From assembly GCF_051645465.1 (NCBI RefSeq), contig NZ_JBOFBI010000170.1:187-64186 (forward strand): 64,000 nt of DNA, written 5' to 3'. Below the pieces are notes generated by a model, which saw only the letters and a program-made list of their open reading frames with translations, was not told the origin of the DNA and ran no database searches. The position numbers and the translations under genes were made by a program. The stretch's first letter is position 1; every line of letters begins with the position of its first letter. Source of the DNA: Tabrizicola sp. (GTDB lineage: Bacteria; Pseudomonadota; Alphaproteobacteria; Rhodobacterales; Rhodobacteraceae). Below are positions 57,583 to 64,000 of the stretch, in pieces.

Positions 57583-59181
57583 CTATTCCGCCGGAACCAG
57601 TGAGTTCTGCGTGGCCTTCGCAGGCTGCGCCCGCACTGTCATCCACAGGTTCCAGCACATGATCAGCGCGCCCGTCAGGAACAGCGCACCACCGGTCGCC
57701 CGCACCACATACATCGGGAACTTCGCGGCCACCGTGTCGGCGAAGGCGTTCACCAGGAACCCGTTCGCATCGACTTCGCGCCACATCAGGCCCTCCATGA
57801 TCCCGGTGACCCACATCGCCGAGGCGTAAAGCACGATCCCGATCGTCGCCAACCAGAAGTGCCAGCTGACCAGCTTCAGGCTGTACAGCCCCTCCCGGTT
57901 CCAAAGGCGCGGCACCAGGAAGTAGAGCACCCCAAACGTGATCATCCCGTTCCAGCCCAACGCCCCGGAGTGCACATGGCCAATCGTCCAGTCAGTGTAG
58001 TGGGAAAGCGAGTTGACGGCCTTGATCGACATCATCGGCCCTTCAAAGGTCGACATCCCGTAGAACCCGATCGAGACCACCATCATCCGGATGATCGGAT
58101 CCGTCCGCAGCTTGTCCCAGGCCCCCGACAAGGTCATCAGCCCGTTGATCATGCCCCCCCACGAAGGCATCCACAGGATGACCGAGAACACCATCCCAAG
58201 GGTCGAAGCCCAGTCCGGCAAGGCGGTGTAGTGCAGGTGGTGCGGCCCCGCCCAGATATAAAGGAAGATCAAAGCCCAGAAGTGGATGATCGAAAGCTTG
58301 TAGCTGAAGACCGGGCGCTCAACCTGCTTCGGCACGAAGTAGTACATCATCCCCAGGAACCCCGCCGTCAGGAAGAAGCCCACGGCGTTGTGGCCGTACC
58401 ACCACTGCACCATCGCGTCCTGCACGCCCGAATAAAGCTGCACCTGCGCCGAGCCGAACACCGACACCGGGATCGCCGCATTGTTCACCAGATGCAGCAT
58501 CGCCACTGTCAGGATCATCGACAAAAGGAACCAGTTCGCCACGTAGATGTGGGGTTCCTTCCGGCGGAAGAGCGTGCCCATGAAGACCACCAGGAAGGCG
58601 ACCCAGACGACTGTGATCAGGATGTCGACGTACCAGACCGGCTCGGCATATTCCTTGCTTTGCGTCGCCCCAAGAACATAGCCCGTGGCCGCCAGCACGA
58701 TCACCAGCTGCCAGCCCCAGAAGACGAACCAGCCAAGGCCACCGCCGAAGAGACGCGCCGCACTGGTGCGCTGGACGATGTAGAACGACGACATGATCAG
58801 CGCGTTCCCGCCAAAGGCAAAGATCACCGCGCTGGTGTGCAGGGGGCGCAGACGGCCAAAGTTGCCGTAGCCCTGCAGGAACTCGAAGTTCAGCTGCGGA
58901 AACGCAAGCTGCAGCGCGATCACCACGCCCACAAGGAAGCCGACCACGCCCCAGAAAGCCGTCGCAATCGCCCCCGCCCGCACGACCCCGTCGAAGTACT
59001 CGTGGCGGAGGTCCGGCTTCGGGTCGCCCGCCGTGCGCAGCACGTACAGAAATGCGATGCCAGCGGCCAGCATCACGGTGATCGCGTTGACCAGATACGC
59101 CAGGTCACGGGCGTAGTTGGCGGCAATGGCGGCCAACACCGCGAGAAGGCCCAACCCCGCCAGCTTCATATAATCCCACAT
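57583..59181 (-). CDS. ccoN: cbb3-type cytochrome c oxidase subunit I
   Basis: [32 protein letters not shown] and [10 protein letters not shown]. Confidence 0.97.
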   Translation of the reverse strand: MWDYMKLAGLGLLAVLAAIAANYARDLAYLVNAITVMLAAGIAFLYVLRTAGDPKPDLRHEYFDGVVRAGAIATAFWGVVGFLVGVVIALQLAFPQLNFEFLQGYGNFGRLRPLHTSAVIFAFGGNALIMSSFYIVQRTSAARLFGGGLGWFVFWGWQLVIVLAATGYVLGATQSKEYAEPVWYVDILITVVWVAFLVVFMGTLFRRKEPHIYVANWFLLSMILTVAMLHLVNNAAIPVSVFGSAQVQLYSGVQDAMVQWWYGHNAVGFFLTAGFLGMMYYFVPKQVERPVFSYKLSIIHFWALIFLYIWAGPHHLHYTALPDWASTLGMVFSVILWMPSWGGMINGLMTLSGAWDKLRTDPIIRMMVVSIGFYGMSTFEGPMMSIKAVNSLSHYTDWTIGHVHSGALGWNGMITFGVLYFLVPRLWNREGLYSLKLVSWHFWLATIGIVLYASAMWVTGIMEGLMWREVDANGFLVNAFADTVAAKFPMYVVRATGGALFLTGALIMCWNLWMTVRAQPAKATQNSLVPAE

Positions 59182-59296
59182 AGTTCGCGTCCCCTCGTCC
59201 TGTCTGTCGGTTCCGCGGCCAAACGGACCGACCCCGGGCTGCCCGTGCTGGACACTCCGACTGGCCGACTTGTGCAGTGCAGCCGGGCTCACCGCC

Positions 59297-59342
59297 TTGA
59301 TCTGGGTCAACCGCCATTCTGGCCTCAATTGACCTCGGTCAA
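59297..59342. promoter_or_regulatory. Two FNR/FnrL boxes between divergent ccoN and USP
   Basis: TTGATCTGGGTCAA (59297-59310) and TTGACCTCGGTCAA (59329-59342). Confidence 0.8.
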
Positions 59343-59397
59343 GGTACAGGGGTCCCCAAGGCGTAAGGTGACCGCAGAGTTTTCACGGGAGATGACC

Positions 59398-60243
59398 ATG
59401 GCTTACAAAACCCTGCTGAGCGTCGCCACTTCACCCGACGGTCTTCTCACCACGGTTTCCGCCGCTGCGCAGATCGCGCAGGCGATGGACGCGCATCTTG
59501 ATGGCCTGGCGCTAGGCGTTGACCGGACGCAGGTCGGCTACTCCTATGTCGGTTCCGGCGCCGTCGTGATCGCCGCTGCCCTCGAACGGGCCGAGGCCGA
59601 AGCGCGGGAAACGGAAGCCGCGCTGAACGCGGCCATCGGCGCGCAGCCCCAAGCACTGCGGTCTTCGGTCGACTCCGTCGTGACCCAGCTCGGGGCCCTG
59701 ACCGATGTCGTGGCGGCCCGCGCCCGGTACGCTGACCTTGTCGTCCTGCCGCTTCCCTACGGCAAAGGCCGGGGGATCGAGGATGAGGCCGTCACCGAAG
59801 CCGCGCTCTTTGAAGGCATGGCGCCGGTTCTGATCGTGCCTCCCTCCGGCATGAAGCCGGGCGAGCCCAAACGGATCGTCGTGGCCTGGAACCAAAGCCG
59901 CGAGGCGCTGGTCGCCACCCGCCGCGCGATGCCGTTCCTCCGCCGGGCCGAGATGGTGCAGATCGTGGTCGTCGACCCGCCCACCCACGGGCCGGAACGG
60001 TCCGATCCCGGCGGGCTTCTCTGCCAGATGCTGGTGCGCCACGGTGTCCGGGCCGAAGTCTGTGTCCTGGCCCGCACGCTGCCCCGCATCTCGGAAGTGC
60101 TCGCCCGCCAAGTCCGCGACGTCGACGCGGGGCTTCTCGTCATGGGCGCCTACGGCCATTCCCGCTTCCGCGAGGCGATCCTTGGCGGCGCCACCCGCGA
60201 CATGCTGGAAGCCGCCGAGGTGCCGGTGTTCCTCGCGCATTGA
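59398..60243 (+). CDS. Universal stress protein (tandem USP domains)
   Basis: RIVVAWNQSREA and LVMGAYGHSRFRE.ILGGATR. Confidence 0.92.
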   Translation: MAYKTLLSVATSPDGLLTTVSAAAQIAQAMDAHLDGLALGVDRTQVGYSYVGSGAVVIAAALERAEAEARETEAALNAAIGAQPQALRSSVDSVVTQLGALTDVVAARARYADLVVLPLPYGKGRGIEDEAVTEAALFEGMAPVLIVPPSGMKPGEPKRIVVAWNQSREALVATRRAMPFLRRAEMVQIVVVDPPTHGPERSDPGGLLCQMLVRHGVRAEVCVLARTLPRISEVLARQVRDVDAGLLVMGAYGHSRFREAILGGATRDMLEAAEVPVFLAH

Positions 60244-60433
60244 CCTGCATATACCCGGCGATGAGCTGGCGTCGCCGGGCTTGCATCGGTCGCAGGTTTG
60301 ACGGCAGAGTTGGCCTATGCTGCTGAGGCATCTGGCCAGCACGCCCGCGCAGCCTTCATTCAGAGCAGGTGATGATCTGTCTAGCCGCAGCACGCTCATT
60401 CAAGCGCGTCTTTGCATTGATCAGGTCCAGTTG

Positions 60434-60883
60434 ATGAAAACCCTCGGCGCCTTCGTCCTTTTCTTGGTGGCATCGCAAGGCCAGGCCGCCTGCGTTGACT
60501 TTGGCACCAAACCGTTCCTCGAAAACATCGAGATAGTGCAGCTGTGCATCGGGCCAGAATGCGAAACTGCGGCCAGGATCAGGTCATGTGGCAACAAGGA
60601 CTATTTGTCAGCGGACTATAGCGCCGTGTCTGCAAGCTGGCTCTTCCGCGTCCGCTACGGCGACCACGAGAGTGATACCGATAGCCAGTTCGCCGTCCTT
60701 CGCGATGCGATCGATCCCGCCGACCGTCCATTGGGCGTCGTAAATGGAAAAGAGGTCTGGATGCTGGATCAAGGCATCCCGCTGGACGCGGACATTCTAC
60801 AGAAAATTGTCTGCATTCCCGAAAGCACCCCCAGTGCTTGCGACTTCATCGACGCAGTGCTGGATAACCTGCGCCGATCATAG
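60434..60883 (+). CDS. Hypothetical Cys-rich secreted protein
   Basis: Signal peptide (GQA-A), six Cys; more A/T-ending codons than neighbours. Confidence 0.55.
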   Translation: MKTLGAFVLFLVASQGQAACVDFGTKPFLENIEIVQLCIGPECETAARIRSCGNKDYLSADYSAVSASWLFRVRYGDHESDTDSQFAVLRDAIDPADRPLGVVNGKEVWMLDQGIPLDADILQKIVCIPESTPSACDFIDAVLDNLRRS

Positions 60884-61021
60884 CCTTCGGCAGCGTACCG
60901 GGTTTCAGATCACTCCGGCCCCCTGATCCGCGTCTCGATGACCGGCACGGCAAATGCAGCCCGTCCTGATCTTCTCCCCTTGGGAACGACGTCAGCCAAG
61001 CCCGAGCGGATCCCGATGACC

Positions 61022-61101
61022 AAACCTGAACGAATCCCTAATGCGCACCGATAACCCATTGATCTTTAATGGCTCAAGTTTCTGGGCACCGTGCCCACTA
61101 C
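61022..61101. repeat. Dispersed intergenic element family A, copy 3 (REP-like end)
   Basis: TGAAC-N20-TAACCCATTG-N20-CTGGGCACCGTGCCCA; the minus strand reads GTAG-TGGGCAC-G-GTGCCCA. Confidence 0.6.
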
Positions 61102-61481
61102 TCGGCCGACAGTTTCGTCATCTCCTGGACCGCCGTCTCCCGCAGGGCCCGCAGGTCGGCGATCGAGGCCTCCAGTTCCGCCCGCTGCCGGTCCAGCTCG
61201 ACCAGCTGCCGGTCGGCCAGCTGAAGCCAGGCCTCCAACTGCGGCCTCTCACCTTTCTTGCCATAGATCGACAGCCACTGCCGGATTTCCTCCAGCGAAA
61301 AACCAAAACGCCGCCCCCGAAGGATCAGCTTCATCCGCGCCACCTCACGCGGCCCGTAGTACCGGGCGCGACCGTCTTTCTCGGGCGACAGAAGCTCGAT
61401 GTACTCATAGTAGCGCAGCGTGCGCGGCGTCACGTCGAACCTGGCGCACATCTCCTTGAAACTAAGCCGGGTCTCCGTCAT
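61098..61481 (-). CDS. MerR-family transcriptional regulator
   Basis: FDVTPRTLRYYE and LILRGRRFGFSLEEI. Confidence 0.9.
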   Translation of the reverse strand: MTETRLSFKEMCARFDVTPRTLRYYEYIELLSPEKDGRARYYGPREVARMKLILRGRRFGFSLEEIRQWLSIYGKKGERPQLEAWLQLADRQLVELDRQRAELEASIADLRALRETAVQEMTKLSAE

Positions 61482-61589
61482 GCACTGTCCTCCCCTCGGT
61501 AACCTAGGCCCGGTCAGGGTTTCGTGCAACGGTGTCGGAAGGGGTTGCGTTCCTCCGGCCCCGGCGGTTTGATGCCGCCCGGTGACCCC

Positions 61590-62015
61590 ATGCCCGACAT
61601 CGAAGCCATCGCCCGCAAGTTCATCGAAGCCCTGCCGCACAGCCACGCGCTGGGGATGCGGCTTGAAGCGATCGGTGAGGGAACCGTCACGATCTCCATG
61701 CCCTATGATCCGCGGCTGATCGGGGACCCGGCGACCGGCGTGATCCATGGCGGCGCAGTCTCGGCCCTGATGGACACGGCCTGCGGAGCAGCAGTCATGA
61801 GCCATCCGGGCGCAGGGATCTCCACGGCCACACTCGATCTCCGGATCGACTACATGCGCCCCGCGTCCCCTGGCCAAAACATCCGCACCCGCGCCGAGTG
61901 TCACCACGTCACCCGAAGTGTGGCCTTTGTCCGGGCCATCGCGACCGACGACGACGAAAGCCGCCCCGTGGCCACCGCAACCGGGGCCTTCACTGTCGAG
62001 CGGGGACCGGCATGA
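61590..62015 (+). CDS. PaaI-family thioesterase
   Basis: GVIHGGAVSALMD and ATLDLRIDYMRP. Confidence 0.9.
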   Translation: MPDIEAIARKFIEALPHSHALGMRLEAIGEGTVTISMPYDPRLIGDPATGVIHGGAVSALMDTACGAAVMSHPGAGISTATLDLRIDYMRPASPGQNIRTRAECHHVTRSVAFVRAIATDDDESRPVATATGAFTVERGPA

Positions 62016-62503
62016 AGCGGCCGGAGCCCGTTCACATCGTCAAGCAGCGCCGTGAGAGCCTCTTGCGGAGCCTGGTCGACGGTGTGCCCTACATCCAGTT
62101 TCTCGGCGTCGAGTTCGACCGGCGTGGCGACGAGCTGACGGCAGTCCTGCCGTTCAAGGAAAGCCTTATCGGCAACCCGGTGCTCCCCGCGCTCCATGGC
62201 GGGGCGACGGCGGCATTCCTGGAAATCGCCGCTATCATCGAACTGTCGTGGAGCATGCTCTGGGACGGGGTCGAGGCTGAGGGCACCCTGCCCGGCGGTC
62301 CTCTGAAGCTGCCAAAGACCATCGACTTCACCGTGGATTACCTGCGTACCGGCCTGCCCCGCGATGCCTATGCCAGGGCTCGGGTCAATCGCTCGGGCCG
62401 CCGCTATGCCTCCGTCCATGTCGAGGCCTGGCAGGACAACCGTTCGCGCCTCTTCGCGCAGGCCACCGGCCACTTCCTGATGCCCCCCGGCCCCGGAGCA
62501 TGA
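62012..62503 (+). CDS. PaaI-family thioesterase
   Basis: IGNP.LPALHGG and KTIDFTVDYLR; ATGA overlap. Confidence 0.88.
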   Translation: MKRPEPVHIVKQRRESLLRSLVDGVPYIQFLGVEFDRRGDELTAVLPFKESLIGNPVLPALHGGATAAFLEIAAIIELSWSMLWDGVEAEGTLPGGPLKLPKTIDFTVDYLRTGLPRDAYARARVNRSGRRYASVHVEAWQDNRSRLFAQATGHFLMPPGPGA

Positions 62504-63810
62504 TCGAGATCACCCACGGCCGCGTGCTGCGGATCGCGGGGCCAATTGTCCTGTCGAATATCACGGTTCCGCTTCTCGGCGCGGTGGATACCGGCGTCAT
62601 TGGCCAGTTAGGCGACCCGGCAAGCCTTGGTGCCGTCGGGATCGGCGCGGTCATCATCACAACGTTCTACTGGGCCTTCGGTTTCCTGCGGATGTCGACC
62701 TCGGGCCTTGTAGCTCAAGCCGAAGGCGCGGGCGACCAGGCCGAGCGGTCGGCGGTCCTGCAGCGCGCGCTGGTCGTGGGGGCGGCGGCGGGGCTGGCGC
62801 TGGTCGCCGCACAGGTCGCGCTCTTCGCGGCCGCCTTCGCCATAGCTCCCGCCAGTGCCGAGGTGGAGCGGTTGGCTGGCCAGTATCTGTCGATCCGCAT
62901 CTGGGGCGCCCCGGCGACCATCGCGATTTACGCGCTGACCGGCTGGCTGGTAGGGCTCGGGCGGACACGCGGCGTCCTGGTTCTGCAGCTCTGGCAGAAC
63001 GGGGTGAACATCGGATTGGACTTCTGGTTCGTCCTCGGCCTTGGCTGGGGCGTACCGGGGGTAGCGGCCTCGACGCTAATCGCCGAATGGTCGGGGCTGG
63101 CGCTCGCGCTTTGGCTGACACGCGATGCCTTCGGCCCGTCTTTCCGCGCCGGGTTTGCCCGGCTTGGAGATCGCGTTGCGATCCGGCGGATGTTCACGAC
63201 CAGCCGCGACATCATGGGACGGACAGTGATCCTGATGCTGTCCTTCACCGCGTTCGTCTTCCTTGGCGCGCGGTTCGGCGATGTGACCCTGGCCGCCAAC
63301 CAGGTGCTGATGCAGTTCCTTGAGGTGACAGCCTTCGCGCTGGACGGCTTTGCCTTCGCCGCCGAGGCGCTGGTCGGCCAGGCCGTAGGCGCTCGCTCGG
63401 CAGCCCAGACCCGCGCGGCAGGGCGCATCTGCATGCAATGGGGTATCGGCGGGGCGGTCGGGCTTGCGGCGATCTTCGCGGTCACCGGGCCCTGGGTCAT
63501 CGACCTTCTGACGACCTCGCCCGAGGTCAGGGCCGAGGCGCGGGACTACCTGCCATGGCTCGTCGCCGCGCCCCTGATCGGTGTCGCGGCCTGGATCTAT
63601 GACGGCATCTTCATTGGCGCGCTCCTGACGGGCGACATGCTGAAGGCTATGCTCATCGCGGTGGCCTTTTATGCGCTGGCGCTGGCGGTGCTGGTGCCGC
63701 TTGGCGGAAACCATGGGCTTTGGGCGGCGCTGATGGTGCTGAACGCGGCACGCACGGCAACCCTTTGGCATCGCTATCCCAAGGTCCTCGCGCTGGCGGA
63801 GCGCCGGTAG
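62500..63810 (+). CDS. MATE efflux transporter (DinF-like)
   Basis: PIVLSNITVPLLGAVDT, FLRMSTSG and LDGFAFAAE. Confidence 0.92.
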   Translation: MIEITHGRVLRIAGPIVLSNITVPLLGAVDTGVIGQLGDPASLGAVGIGAVIITTFYWAFGFLRMSTSGLVAQAEGAGDQAERSAVLQRALVVGAAAGLALVAAQVALFAAAFAIAPASAEVERLAGQYLSIRIWGAPATIAIYALTGWLVGLGRTRGVLVLQLWQNGVNIGLDFWFVLGLGWGVPGVAASTLIAEWSGLALALWLTRDAFGPSFRAGFARLGDRVAIRRMFTTSRDIMGRTVILMLSFTAFVFLGARFGDVTLAANQVLMQFLEVTAFALDGFAFAAEALVGQAVGARSAAQTRAAGRICMQWGIGGAVGLAAIFAVTGPWVIDLLTTSPEVRAEARDYLPWLVAAPLIGVAAWIYDGIFIGALLTGDMLKAMLIAVAFYALALAVLVPLGGNHGLWAALMVLNAARTATLWHRYPKVLALAERR

Positions 63811-63866
63811 GGCTTGCCTTGCCCCCGCCAGCCGGGCCATGATCCGCCCCGCCACAGGGGAGAGTC

Positions 63867-64000
63867 ATGCGGAAATTCCTGGTCGTGCTGGACGACAGCC
63901 GCGAGTGCCTGAACGCGATGCGCTTTGCTGCGCTGAGGGCGGCGCATACGGGTGGGGGGGTCACGATCCTGTCGGTCATCCCGGCCGAAGAGTTCCAGAC
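63867..64000 (+). CDS. Universal stress protein (5' part, runs off the window)
   Basis: Manual translation MRKFLVVLDDSRECLNAMRFAALRAAHTGGGV...; GGAGAG SD. Confidence 0.75.
   Translation, partial: MRKFLVVLDDSRECLNAMRFAALRAAHTGGGVTILSVIPAEEFQ

Noticed and set aside
1-64000. CRISPR array, tRNA or rRNA
   Set aside because: No regularly spaced direct repeats with unique spacers, and no cloverleaf or rRNA signatures seen by eye; the repeats found are dispersed palindromes

Overview
High-GC alphaproteobacterial chromosome segment; gene content and synteny point to Rhodobacteraceae/Paracoccaceae (inference). Left part (1-15.2 kb): housekeeping genes folK, NYN/LabA, ispH, rnhA, beta-propeller phytase, fmt/def-like/def, malY/patB, L,D-transpeptidase, cbiB, lytic transglycosylase and a glycosyltransferase. 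Middle (15.3-42.9 kb): a methylated-amine catabolic supercluster (tmm, APC permease, dmmDABC, GlxA-type regulator, tdm with a linked truncated haemoglobin, gmaS, mgsABC, and an uncharacterised six-gene membrane operon). It is split by a ~7 kb accessory block (USP, cupin, WYL regulator, RidA, hydrolase, DUF4139, an intact IS481 with a TCTAGA duplication, and a TPR gene remnant). Right part: hemF, SDR, methyltransferase, clpS, HAD, DD-carboxypeptidase, FAH, ccoNOQP-ccoGHIS with FNR boxes, USP, MerR, two PaaI thioesterases and a MATE transporter. No rRNA, tRNA or CRISPR array was seen. The least explained signals are non-coding: three families of dispersed intergenic palindromic elements (one shows covarying arms and cGNAg mini-hairpins) and a shared motif upstream of the methylamine operons. 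All product calls come from motif and family recognition, not database searches.
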